A stretch of DNA of 64,000 nucleotides from an uncultured Verrucomicrobiae bacterium. Its GTDB lineage: Bacteria; Verrucomicrobiota; Verrucomicrobiia; Chthoniobacterales; JAFAMB01. The position numbers and the translations under genes were made by a program. Under the pieces are notes generated by a model. The model was not told the origin of the DNA, did no database searches, and was given only the letters and a program-made list of their open reading frames with translations. Location of the stretch: positions 128,521 to 192,520 of the forward strand of contig CAVVPV010000014.1 in assembly GCA_963750185.1 (NCBI GenBank), given 5' to 3'. Shown here in pieces: positions 36,618 to 45,652 of this stretch (position 1 is its first letter; each line of letters begins with the position of its first letter).

Positions 36618-37082
36618 CTAAGTGCATTCCCGGCATTTGCCGAAATACTCAAGCGAATGCCGGATATCCGAGTAGCCGTATCGCTTCTCGATTTTGCGTT
36701 CCACTTTTTCGACCGGACAGGAATCAACGATCAGCGTCACTCGGCCACATTCGGTGCAGATAATGTGGTCGTAGTGACGTTTGGGGTTCACCAGCTCGTA
36801 ATAGCTGCAGGACCGGTTCAGATTCACCTTTTGTGCGATTTGCAGGTTCTCTAGAACGGTCATAACACGGAAAACGGTTGCATAATCCGGCGCATCGAGC
36901 CCGTCACGCGATGTTTCCTGGATTTCTTCCAGCGACAACGGTTTTTCGGCTTTCAGGAGGGTTTCAAGAATCTGAACGCGGTTCCTTGTGATCCGCATTC
37001 CATTCGCTCGCAACAAATTCACAATCGCGTCCAGCGAGAGTTCACTTAAGGTTTTTTGGTTCGCGTGTGCTTGCTGAGACAT
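36618..37082 (-). CDS. Fur-family transcriptional regulator
   Basis: Winged-helix N-domain. HYDHIICTECG ... GKCRECT (two CxxC pairs). 154 aa. Confidence 0.85.
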   Translation of the reverse strand: MSQQAHANQKTLSELSLDAIVNLLRANGMRITRNRVQILETLLKAEKPLSLEEIQETSRDGLDAPDYATVFRVMTVLENLQIAQKVNLNRSCSYYELVNPKRHYDHIICTECGRVTLIVDSCPVEKVERKIEKRYGYSDIRHSLEYFGKCRECT

Positions 37083-37123
37083 GACGAGAACTTAGTTTAC
37101 CTGAGCCGAGAGGGTGGTTCAAG

Positions 37124-38125
37124 CTACACCAGAAGGTACTTGGCGAGAGCCTCGCCGCACTTCGCGAATGAGAGACGGGCCATTGCATTGGTTTCCAGCG
37201 CGGTGAGTTGCTCGTTATAGAATTCTGAGTCGTTCAACAGTCGCCGGGCCAACTCGACAAGGTGATCGAATGTGCGGCCGTTTCCGTGCAACGCGGGATA
37301 AGCAAGCTGTTCGACAGTGCCATTCCCACCGACTGTCGGGATCCGGCAGAGCAGACTGTCCCCTGCGACCTGGCCGGGAACGGAGCCCTGATCGAACTGA
37401 AGCACCAGACGATGGCCTGCGATCAATTGAAGGTATTTCGGGTAAGGCAACGGCGGCGAAATAGTGAGCTGGTCCTCCGGAAACTTCAGGCCACGCAACC
37501 GTTCCAGGCCCGATTTCCCGTCCGGATTGATGACGGTAATTGGGACCGAGAGCGTCCGAGCCGCCGAAAGGGCCAGCAAATGGTTCCGTGATGCCACGCG
37601 AAATTCGCGGGTACCGATAAACAGGCCCTGCCGCTCCTTTACCGGTCGCGAAAAGTTCCATTCTTTAAATTCGACCGGGTAGGGTGTCGGCACATGAATC
37701 GTGCGTCTCGAGACCGATGCAAACAGCGGAACCAAATCGCGCGTGCTCGAAAGGCAGAGATCGGCCTCCGCGCCGATTTCCCTAAACCGGTGCAGCCGTT
37801 TCGGGTTCAACAGTTGCCGGGTCACCTGCTGTGTACCGGACTCCTTAAACGAAATGGCGACAAAGCATCCGTGCGCCTTGAGCACTTTTATGGCGCGCTG
37901 CGCTTCGGCCAGGTCACCGCGGAGCAGCAGCAGTACACTGCGATGGCGCGCGGCTGCGGCCGTGCTGCGATAAAAGGCGCCCCGGGTCGCGGCGGCATAC
38001 GCATGATAGTTGACCGGCGGATGCATTGCTGCGTCCGGTCGACCGGGCCCATCCGAAAAGCTCTGATCCGGATCGCGCCCACCCGGGTTTAGCACGGCGA
38101 GTCCGGTGAGCGTAGCGAAGTTCAC
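37124..38125 (-). CDS. Hypothetical protein, GT-B glycosyltransferase-like (tentative)
   Basis: 333-aa ORF. The C-terminal half (GLFIGTREF...LVLQFDQGSVPGQVAGDSLLCRIPTVGG) resembles the nucleotide-sugar-binding half of GT-B enzymes. Confidence 0.4.
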   Translation of the reverse strand: MNFATLTGLAVLNPGGRDPDQSFSDGPGRPDAAMHPPVNYHAYAAATRGAFYRSTAAAARHRSVLLLLRGDLAEAQRAIKVLKAHGCFVAISFKESGTQQVTRQLLNPKRLHRFREIGAEADLCLSSTRDLVPLFASVSRRTIHVPTPYPVEFKEWNFSRPVKERQGLFIGTREFRVASRNHLLALSAARTLSVPITVINPDGKSGLERLRGLKFPEDQLTISPPLPYPKYLQLIAGHRLVLQFDQGSVPGQVAGDSLLCRIPTVGGNGTVEQLAYPALHGNGRTFDHLVELARRLLNDSEFYNEQLTALETNAMARLSFAKCGEALAKYLLV

Positions 38126-38170
38126 AGGAAGGGGACTCTAGACCGGATCCGTCACCGGCGGCAAGGCGGC

Positions 38171-38232
38171 GTAGGCGAAGCGTCCCCGCTTTGCTTCTTC
38201 CCCAGAGCGCAAAGCGAGGACGCTTCGCCTAC
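38171..38232. repeat. REP-like palindrome, GCGAAGCGTCCCGCTTTGC family
   Basis: GTAGGCGAAGCGTCCCCGCTTTGC (38171-38194) pairs with GCAAAGCGAGGACGCTTCGCCTAC (38209-38232). Confidence 0.8.
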
Positions 38233-38397
38233 AATTACACGGCCGCCGGCCCATTTTCATCGCAACCCTCCGGGCCGGAGCCAGTTGGCTGTTTTTCTGT
38301 CTCGCCGCCGCGCCGCCGCCGCGGGACTCTCTCGACCCGTATCATGAAGATATGGGTCTTCGTTCGTGCCTTGAAAAACAGCCAACTGACTCCCGGC

Positions 38398-38430
38398 AAA
38401 GTTCATGTTGTTTCGGGGACAGGACACTAG
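38398..38430 (+). promoter_or_regulatory. 33-bp conserved motif, copy 3 (AAAGTTCATGTTGTTTCGGGGACAGGACACTAG)
   Basis: It overlaps the usp stop codon (CTA 38427-38429) in antisense orientation. It is preceded by TTGAAAAACAGCCAACTGACTCCCGGCA, which also occurs at 28063-28088. Confidence 0.6.
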
Positions 38431-38897
38431 AAGAAAGCATGCTGCGAATTCGTGTCCGTGAGCGGTACGATCAATACCGGGCATCGCGCCCGCCGCAGCA
38501 CGCCGTCGGCTACGCTCCCAAGCAACAGATGCGAAATTGGGCTCCGGCTATGGGACCCAAGAACGATTAGATCCGCTCGCGAACCTTCCGCCTGCGACAT
38601 AATCAGATCGACCGTGAACCCCTCAAGCTCGATGGTGGTCGACGCAAGTCCAACCGAAGCAATCATCTCCTGCAGACGCGCGAGCCTGTCACCGTAATCG
38701 GGCGGGCTTGCCGATTCCCGGGCTGGAGCGACAGCGATTGTGTCAGGCCCGCCCCCCATTCCCATCAGAGTAGGCGCAACTTCGGTTGCATGCATCAAGA
38801 TGATTCTGGCGTGAAACGGCTTCGCCAAATGAACCGCCGCCTTCACAACTTTCATGGTTACATCGGAGAAATCGACCGGTACTAGGATTGTCTTCAT
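38427..38897 (-). CDS. Universal stress protein (UspA family)
   Basis: MKTILVPVDFSDVT..., DLIVLGSHSRSPISHLLLGSVADGVLRRARCPVLIVP (ATP-binding G-2x-G-9x-G[ST]). Start set to ATG 38897. Confidence 0.85.
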   Translation of the reverse strand: MKTILVPVDFSDVTMKVVKAAVHLAKPFHARIILMHATEVAPTLMGMGGGPDTIAVAPARESASPPDYGDRLARLQEMIASVGLASTTIELEGFTVDLIMSQAEGSRADLIVLGSHSRSPISHLLLGSVADGVLRRARCPVLIVPLTDTNSQHAFF

Positions 38898-38951
38898 GAC
38901 GCTTGGTTCCAAACGTTCGGGGCACGAACCGGACCCGGTTGCAGAACATTC

Positions 38952-38968
38952 GTGTCCTGTCCCCGAAA
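38952..38968 (-). promoter_or_regulatory. Conserved motif core, copy 4 (TTTCGGGGACAGGACAC on the minus strand)
   Basis: It lies 55 nt upstream of the usp ATG. With ACAGGACAC at 38975-38983 it forms a 9-bp hairpin. Confidence 0.55.
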
Positions 38969-39087
38969 CGGCCTACAGGACACTAGAAGCTAAGAATTGC
39001 GAATTCAAGCAGCGCCCCGCCGAATACAGTGCAGAGATCAGTCCTACCTGTGTTGAACTTTCTCCGGGTACCGCGGAGACTAGAAAA

Positions 39088-40431
39088 ATGGACGATCTCT
39101 TTGGAGCGGCCGAACCGGAGGAGGCTGGCATCGACTTGGGCGCACCCCTCGCTGCACGGATGCGTCCTCGATCTTTGGATGAATACGTTGGCCAACATCA
39201 TATCCTGGGTGCAGGGAAACTGCTCCGTCGGGCGATCGAATCGGACCGGCTGACGTCGATTATTCTCTACGGCCCGCCCGGCAGCGGAAAGACAAGTCTT
39301 GCGCAGATTATCGCGTCAACCACAAAAAGTCATTTTCACCGCTTGAACGGTGTGGAAGCTTCCGTTGCCGATGTACGGCGCGTTGCTGCAGCGGCTGCGC
39401 TCCGCCGCCGGTCAAAAGGCGAGCGAACGATCCTTTTCATCGACGAGATCCACCGGTTTAACAAAGCGCAACAGGATGTGCTTCTGCCCGACGTCGAGAA
39501 CGGAAATTTGAGGCTGGTCGGCGCCACCACACATAACCCCTTTTTTTACGTTAACAGTCCGCTTGTTTCCCGATCACAGGTTTTCCAACTGGAACCGCTT
39601 TCCCGGGAAGACCTGATTAGTTTGCTGGATGCCGCTCTGCACGATTCAGAGCGCGGTCTCGGCAACACGAACGTCGATGCGGACCCAATTGCACTTCAGT
39701 TCCTGGCGGAAGTCAGTGACGGCGATGCAAGACGCGCGTTAAACGCGTTGGAGATTGCGGTCCTCACGACTGCGCCCGATGCAGACGGCGCAATACATTT
39801 GGATCGCTCGGTTGCGGAAGAGAGCATTCAAAAAAAGGCGGTCGCGTACGATGCCGACGAGACCGAGCATTACGATACCATCAGCGCATTCATCAAGAGT
39901 ATGCGGGGCTCCGATCCCGACGCGACACTCTACTGGCTCGCCAAGATGTTGTACGCCGGGGAAGACATTCGGTTCATTGCGCGGCGCATCGTGATTGCGG
40001 CAAGCGAAGATGTGGGGATGGCTGATTCAAACGCTCTGGTAACGGCGGTAGCAGCGCAACAGGCTGTGGAGTTTGTAGGGCTGCCGGAGGCGCGGATCCC
40101 GCTGGCGCACGCCGCTGTGTATGTGGCGACGGCACCCAAAAGCAACAGGGCATGGGCGGCGTTTGGCAAAGCGCTGGTTGATGTGCAACAAGGCCGGATC
40201 CTGGCTGTCCCGAAGTACCTCCGAGGCGGCGGTTCAAAACTGCTCGGGGAGGGCGACGGTTACAAGTACGCGCACGATTATGAAGGCGGATATGTGCCTC
40301 AAGCCTATCTGCCGGAGGGAAGAAAATATTACGAACCGAGCGAGAACGGATCCGAACGAAGAATCAAAGAGCGCCTCGAATATTGGCAGAAGTTGTTCGA
40401 AGAAGAGAATCGCGGGCAAATAGGGAACTAG
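39088..40431 (+). CDS. rarA: Replication-associated recombination protein A (AAA+ ATPase)
   Basis: LAARMRPRSLDEYVGQHHILG, GPPGSGKTSLA, ILFIDEIHRFNKAQQD, and a MgsA C-terminal domain. Start set to ATG 39088. Confidence 0.9.
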   Translation: MDDLFGAAEPEEAGIDLGAPLAARMRPRSLDEYVGQHHILGAGKLLRRAIESDRLTSIILYGPPGSGKTSLAQIIASTTKSHFHRLNGVEASVADVRRVAAAAALRRRSKGERTILFIDEIHRFNKAQQDVLLPDVENGNLRLVGATTHNPFFYVNSPLVSRSQVFQLEPLSREDLISLLDAALHDSERGLGNTNVDADPIALQFLAEVSDGDARRALNALEIAVLTTAPDADGAIHLDRSVAEESIQKKAVAYDADETEHYDTISAFIKSMRGSDPDATLYWLAKMLYAGEDIRFIARRIVIAASEDVGMADSNALVTAVAAQQAVEFVGLPEARIPLAHAAVYVATAPKSNRAWAAFGKALVDVQQGRILAVPKYLRGGGSKLLGEGDGYKYAHDYEGGYVPQAYLPEGRKYYEPSENGSERRIKERLEYWQKLFEEENRGQIGN

Positions 40432-40528
40432 CTCGATTGTAAGCGAAGCGTCCCGCTTTGCCCGGTTCCCAAAAAGCAAAGCGGGACGCTTCGCTTACAA
40501 TCGAGCTAGTTCCCTATTTGCCCGCGAT
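40409..40528. terminator. Perfect 53-bp inverted repeat (REP family) between convergent genes; probable bidirectional terminator
   Basis: 40409-40461 is the exact reverse complement of 40476-40528. The loop is 14 nt. Both stop codons (TAG 40429-40431, CTA 40506-40508) lie inside the arms. Confidence 0.85.
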
Positions 40529-41777
40529 AGAAGTTAAGGTTTGCGCACTCGAGCAGCACTTTGGCGAATAACTGCGCACCGATCGGGAGCGCGGTTTCAT
40601 CTATATCGAACGTGGCGGTGTGCAAAGGCGTGGTCTTCCGCCGGGCCCGTTTCACCCCGAGTCCAATCATGCACCCTGGAACGGCCGTTAAATAGTCGGC
40701 AAAGTCTTCGGCACCCATGCTGGGTTGCTCGGCACTGAGAACATTTTTTGATCCGAGCATCCGGGTCGCAACCTCGCCGATGAGAGAGGAAAGCCGGCGA
40801 TCATTGACCATGCCGGGAATCAGTTCTGCAAAGTCCACAGCGATCTTTGCGTGAAACCCCTGCGCAACCGCGTTGCAGAGTCGTTCGAGCGTTTTGTATG
40901 TGGTCGTTGCCGTCGCGGAGCTCAATGTGCGGATTGTCCCTTCGAGAAGTGCAGTGTCTGGAATGACATTGGATGCGTGCCCCGCGTGAACGGCTCCAAT
41001 TGTGACGACCACCGGTTGCCGGGCATCGGTCTGGCGCGGAATCGCCTGATAAATGAAAGTGATCAGGTGCGCCGCGGTCGCGATCGGATCGACTGTCAGA
41101 TGCGGCCGGGCGCCATGTCCCCCGCGCCCTTCGATTCGGATCGTGAAGTCACGGCAAAAAGCTGTTCTCGGGCCTGGCGTGATCGTGACCTTGCCCACCT
41201 CGAAGTTCGGATCAACGTGAAGTGCGACGATCGCGTCCGCACCATCGATCGCACCTGCCTTTACCATTTCCACAGCGCCGCGACCTGCTTCCTCCGAGGG
41301 TTGGAAAATGCTTCTCCAACGCACCCGGAACGGACCCCCTCGGTGCAATGCAAGCGTTGTCCCGAGCAGCATCGCAGAATGGGCGTCGTGGCCGCACGCG
41401 TGCATCACACCCTTGTTTTTTGACCGGTAGGAAACTTTGTTCTCCTCCTGAATCGGTAGGGCATCGATATCCGCCCTCATTGCGATCACGGGTCCGGCAT
41501 CGGGAGCCGAAGCCGCCGTTTCGGTGATAATACCACGATTGCCCGGCCCCACCCTATGAGGAACACCGGCGGCTGTAAGCTGCTTGCTCAGATATGCAGT
41601 CGTAGCGAGTTCCTGCCCGCTCAGCTCAGGATTTTCATGAATGTGACGGCGGATAACCGCGAGCCGCGGTGCGATCTTTGCAAGCTCTTTCTCGATCCGC
41701 TCGGATGCCGGTGATTCATCGGATGGAAGTTGTTCGCGCAATCGTGTTACGCTAGCAGGCAGATCCCGGAGGAACAA
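40506..41777 (-). CDS. M20-family amidohydrolase (N-acyl-amino acid / hippurate hydrolase-like)
   Basis: IRRHIHENPELSGQE, MHACGHDAH, and a dimerisation insert. TTG start as in the ORF track. Confidence 0.85.
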   Translation of the reverse strand: MFLRDLPASVTRLREQLPSDESPASERIEKELAKIAPRLAVIRRHIHENPELSGQELATTAYLSKQLTAAGVPHRVGPGNRGIITETAASAPDAGPVIAMRADIDALPIQEENKVSYRSKNKGVMHACGHDAHSAMLLGTTLALHRGGPFRVRWRSIFQPSEEAGRGAVEMVKAGAIDGADAIVALHVDPNFEVGKVTITPGPRTAFCRDFTIRIEGRGGHGARPHLTVDPIATAAHLITFIYQAIPRQTDARQPVVVTIGAVHAGHASNVIPDTALLEGTIRTLSSATATTTYKTLERLCNAVAQGFHAKIAVDFAELIPGMVNDRRLSSLIGEVATRMLGSKNVLSAEQPSMGAEDFADYLTAVPGCMIGLGVKRARRKTTPLHTATFDIDETALPIGAQLFAKVLLECANLNFYRGQIGN

Positions 41778-41804
41778 GATCCTCTGCCTATTCCTGTCCC
41801 CAAG

Positions 41805-41830
41805 GTTGGAACGGCCGCAGCCGTTCCAAC
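41805..41830 (-). terminator. Stem-loop after the GH3 gene
   Basis: GTTGGAACGGC-CGCA-GCCGTTCCAAC, an 11-bp perfect stem, lies 26 nt past the bglX-like stop. There is no clear U-tract. Confidence 0.45.
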
Positions 41831-41855
41831 AGGGACCGATTTAAGCAGAGGTGGT

Positions 41856-44477
41856 TCAGGGGTTTGCGGTGAACTCGGATTTCAGAGTCACCTGCCCTTT
41901 AAGCGGCGTATCCTCGGATGAATCTCCGACTACAACATTGTAAACGCCGGAAACAGCATCCCACTTTTCCTTGGTTGTGTTGAAGTAGGCGAACGAACGC
42001 TGGTCCAGGCTCAGGGTAACTTTCGTTGATTGTCCCGGTTGCAAATTGACCTTTTGAAAGCCCTTCAATTCTTTGATCGGTCGAACGATCATCGGATTTT
42101 GTTGACCAACGTATAACTCCGCGACTTCCGCCCCGACTCGTTTCCCTGTATTTGTGACAGTAAACGATACCCTCACCGGTGCGTGTCCATTGAATACAGC
42201 CGGCTCAATTTTCAAGTCTGAGAACGCGAAGCTTGTGTAAGACAAACCGAATCCGAACGGAAACAACGGCTTGATGTGATTCTTTTCGTATCCGCGATAT
42301 CCGATAAATATCCCTTCCGAATAATTCATCGTGCTATTCATCGTGCTCGGGCGCTGATTAAGAGGCATCAGGATCGTTGCGTATGCCGGGTTGTCTTGTG
42401 CGAGTTTTTCCCAGCTGATAGGAAGTTTACCCGACGGGTTTACCGTACCGAACAAGATCTCGGCGAGAGCTTGCCCGCCGTTCTGGCCGGGATAGAACGC
42501 CTGAATTAACCCTCGCACCTGATTGATCCACGGCTCGGCATTGAAACTTCCGCCTCCGTGTGTAACGACGATTGTTCGCGGGTTGACGCTCGCCAGATTC
42601 TGAATCAACTCCCCCTGAAACTCAGGGAGATCGAATGGGCGATCGTAGCCTTCGCCGTCGTAGTTGTTATTGGTTCCCACGCAAACTACAACCGCGTCAT
42701 ACTTGGCAAAGTTCGGTGGCGCCTGCAGCGATGCCCAGCTCAATTGCACGCCCAGTACACCCCCGTTCCTGCCTCCCGAACTTCGACCCGCATAAGCGTT
42801 GCCGAAAAACCCGGGAACACGGTGATAATCCAGTTCGACGTTGCATGCGCTTCCGACCATCGCAGAAAACTTTGCCGAGAGCGCGGGAGTCGGCCCATAT
42901 CCCAGCGGAGGTGTTGGGGGCGAGTTGAAGTCGTCGATCAAAATCACGCCGTTCACAATCACTCGAACGCCGCCGTCGGCGCATACCTTGATTACTTGGT
43001 CGCCCGATATCTGGGGGAAGAATTGGCCGGTCCACTTTGCGTAGAAAGTTCCCTGGTTGCTGGAGACCGGAATTGGGTCCGTCTCCCAGTCAAAGTTTAT
43101 GTCGTTGTCGACGCGCGTTGTCGCAGGGGTACCGGAGAGATCGGATGTCGTGAAGTATTGCCCCAGAAGCCCGCGCTGGGCCTCGCCACCTACAATGACT
43201 TGCCATTCTGTAGTCGTGGGGTCCGGAGTGCACGCCGAAATGAAATCCACTTCCGTTCCTGCCGGCGCTTCACTTTCGATCCCGTCCAGTTCGGGGACGT
43301 AACTGATCGGAAAGACGGTCGAGCTTCCAAAACCGGTTGGCGGCGCGCCAAGCGCTGCGGGACCGACAACGGCCACCGATCGAACGCGGCCCTGCTGAAG
43401 CGGCAACAAGTTGCCGTCATTCTTCAAGAGCACGATCCCTTCGCGTGCGGTATCCAGCGCCGCCTGTTCACTCTGGGGATCGTCCAGCGGGATCGAACTG
43501 TCGAGCTGCTGGCGATCGAGGTATCCAAACGAGATGACATCGCGCAGGATCCGGCGCACCTTGTCATCCAGGATCGGTTCGTACATTTTGAGGTTGCTTG
43601 AGATCAATGGTTCCAAAGTGGAGATATTCATAAACTGAGCGTTTGGAAGGTCCAGATCGCACCCGGCGAGAAACGCGTTCACTCCATTGTGAATCGCATC
43701 GTAGTCGGACATGACGAATCCGGTGAATCCCCATTCGTTTTTGAGGACCTCCGTGAGAAGAAACGAACTCTCATTGCATTGCGCCGACGGCAAAGCACCG
43801 ATTTGGAGAAAATTGTAGGCGCCCATGATTGTCGCCGCGTGTCCCTGTTTTACCGCAGCCTCAAAGGGCACCAGGTAAATTTCACGCAACGTCCGTTCAT
43901 CAATGATCTCATTAATGTTCGTGCGGTTTTCTTCCTGGTCATTGCAGACGTAATGCTTCGCGCAAGCCCAGACCCCTTGGTCCTGAATCGCGTCCACGAC
44001 CTTCGGTATGAGCTGGCTTCCCAGATAAGGGTCTTCGCCGGTCATATACTCGAAGTTGCGCCCTCCGTACGGCGTGCGGTAAAAATCCATGCCGGGCCCA
44101 AGGATCGAAAAAAAGCCTCGCGCACGCGTGTCTCGCCCCAGACCGGCTCCGGCGTCCGTGGCCCGATCGCGGTTAAACGTCGCGGCCAACACGAGGCCGG
44201 AGGGATAGCGCACGCTCGCGGGACTGTTCCGCACACCTAACCCGGCATCTGTCTGAAAAATCTGCGGGTTGAAATGTGTTTTCAGATTAGCGAGTGGAAT
44301 CGGTTTGACGTCAAAAAATGGAGTGCCACCGATATAGTTGATTTTGTCATCCAGGGTCATTTGTGAGAGGATGCTATTGACCCTCTGCTCGACGTTAGAG
44401 CCCTCTTGGCCGTACACATTCAAAGTGCAGACCAAAATCCCGATTTGAGAGACACGGTACAGGTTTGCTAACTTCAT
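41856..44477 (-). CDS. Glycoside hydrolase family 3 beta-glucosidase with PA14 insertion
   Basis: GGRNFEYMTGEDPYL, KHYVCNDQEENR, GFVMSDY (nucleophile Asp). PA14-like segment (GLLGQYFTTSDLSG...). Signal-like N-terminus after Met at 44477. Confidence 0.9.
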   Translation of the reverse strand: MKLANLYRVSQIGILVCTLNVYGQEGSNVEQRVNSILSQMTLDDKINYIGGTPFFDVKPIPLANLKTHFNPQIFQTDAGLGVRNSPASVRYPSGLVLAATFNRDRATDAGAGLGRDTRARGFFSILGPGMDFYRTPYGGRNFEYMTGEDPYLGSQLIPKVVDAIQDQGVWACAKHYVCNDQEENRTNINEIIDERTLREIYLVPFEAAVKQGHAATIMGAYNFLQIGALPSAQCNESSFLLTEVLKNEWGFTGFVMSDYDAIHNGVNAFLAGCDLDLPNAQFMNISTLEPLISSNLKMYEPILDDKVRRILRDVISFGYLDRQQLDSSIPLDDPQSEQAALDTAREGIVLLKNDGNLLPLQQGRVRSVAVVGPAALGAPPTGFGSSTVFPISYVPELDGIESEAPAGTEVDFISACTPDPTTTEWQVIVGGEAQRGLLGQYFTTSDLSGTPATTRVDNDINFDWETDPIPVSSNQGTFYAKWTGQFFPQISGDQVIKVCADGGVRVIVNGVILIDDFNSPPTPPLGYGPTPALSAKFSAMVGSACNVELDYHRVPGFFGNAYAGRSSGGRNGGVLGVQLSWASLQAPPNFAKYDAVVVCVGTNNNYDGEGYDRPFDLPEFQGELIQNLASVNPRTIVVTHGGGSFNAEPWINQVRGLIQAFYPGQNGGQALAEILFGTVNPSGKLPISWEKLAQDNPAYATILMPLNQRPSTMNSTMNYSEGIFIGYRGYEKNHIKPLFPFGFGLSYTSFAFSDLKIEPAVFNGHAPVRVSFTVTNTGKRVGAEVAELYVGQQNPMIVRPIKELKGFQKVNLQPGQSTKVTLSLDQRSFAYFNTTKEKWDAVSGVYNVVVGDSSEDTPLKGQVTLKSEFTANP

Positions 44478-44770
44478 ATTGTTAACCGTTTGGCGATTAC
44501 GATGAGTGCAACCGGAACCCTTGGAACGACTCCACATCGCACACAGATGCCAACTGGCGCCCGAGGCAATGCGCGGGGTCCTGGATCGGAAAAAACCGAC
44601 GACTGCACTGCGAGTCAGGAGCCCCGGCCTGGTGCTAGCCGGAACGATGTTTCGATGGGGGGAAGAACCTCCTTGTTACAAACAATCCGTTATGGATCAA
44701 AACAAATGCAACGCAGCGCCGTCAATAGAAATCTTATCCGCGTTTCTCGCCGGCCCTAAGTAAATGCGGG

Positions 44771-45409
44771 TCAGTCGCGCTGATACTGGGTACTCGCGTT
44801 CACGAGTTTTTCGTCTACCCCGATGATGCGAACGCCTTGCTGGGCGTGCTCGACAACAAAGGTCAGCTCCGACATCCCCGATAGATGTTCGTGTTCGCGC
44901 GGGTTATCGAACTTGTATTCGTAGAGAGCTGTGACACGATAGACCGCCCGATACTTTGGGATTTTAAACAGCTCAATTGAATCGGTCGGAATAATTTGTC
45001 GCTCCGGCCAGCGACGGTACAGAGACTCGATCTCGCGGATTGCCTGCTCCCGGGTCCGAGCGTGCCCGTAGTAAAACACTTTCGGGGCAAGATACCTTCC
45101 GCGGGCACCCGGGTCATTCTTCTCACCGGCAGCGATATACGCTTCGACAACGTTCATCAATTGCGCTGTGATGACTGGCGACTCTTGAGTCTCGCGCGGT
45201 TGTTCGGTCTTCGCCGTTTGCTGAGCCGCTTTACCCAATACAGGGTCGACGATGCTGGTGAGAAGGATCACGACCAGCGCCAGGGAAATCGAAGCGCATC
45301 CTGAAACCCGTGCAGAATGGTGATTGGCGCGGGCTCGATTTACTGTTCCGTCTCGGGAATGCATGGAAGCACTTGCGTCTGCAGAAAGCCTTGGCGCAAA
45401 ACTAGCCAT
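44771..45409 (-). CDS. Hypothetical exported/anchored protein
   Basis: 212-aa ORF with one hydrophobic helix (ISLALVVILLTSIV). The C-terminal ~130 aa is of unknown fold. Confidence 0.5.
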   Translation of the reverse strand: MASFAPRLSADASASMHSRDGTVNRARANHHSARVSGCASISLALVVILLTSIVDPVLGKAAQQTAKTEQPRETQESPVITAQLMNVVEAYIAAGEKNDPGARGRYLAPKVFYYGHARTREQAIREIESLYRRWPERQIIPTDSIELFKIPKYRAVYRVTALYEYKFDNPREHEHLSGMSELTFVVEHAQQGVRIIGVDEKLVNASTQYQRD

Positions 45410-45652
45410 TATATCCCGACTCTACAACCCTTGCAGTGGGATGAGGACGCTAGCCGCGAAGGCTGATCGCCCCTGCAAGACTTCGGCGGCCAGGCTGGGA
45501 ACCAGCCGTATTTGCGAAATGCGGCAGGTTGTTGCAGCGTGCTCTACAACAATGGGAATAGGCATGCTGCGCCGGGCGGCTCAAAGCTATAGACAATGTG
45601 AGGCGTCATCGTGCGATGCTCGAACTCTCCAATACCGTTAACGTTTCAATAG

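Noticed and set aside
42558-43601. 347-aa plus-strand ORF
   Set aside because: It is antisense to the GH3 beta-glucosidase gene, which has unambiguous family motifs. It has no motifs of its own.
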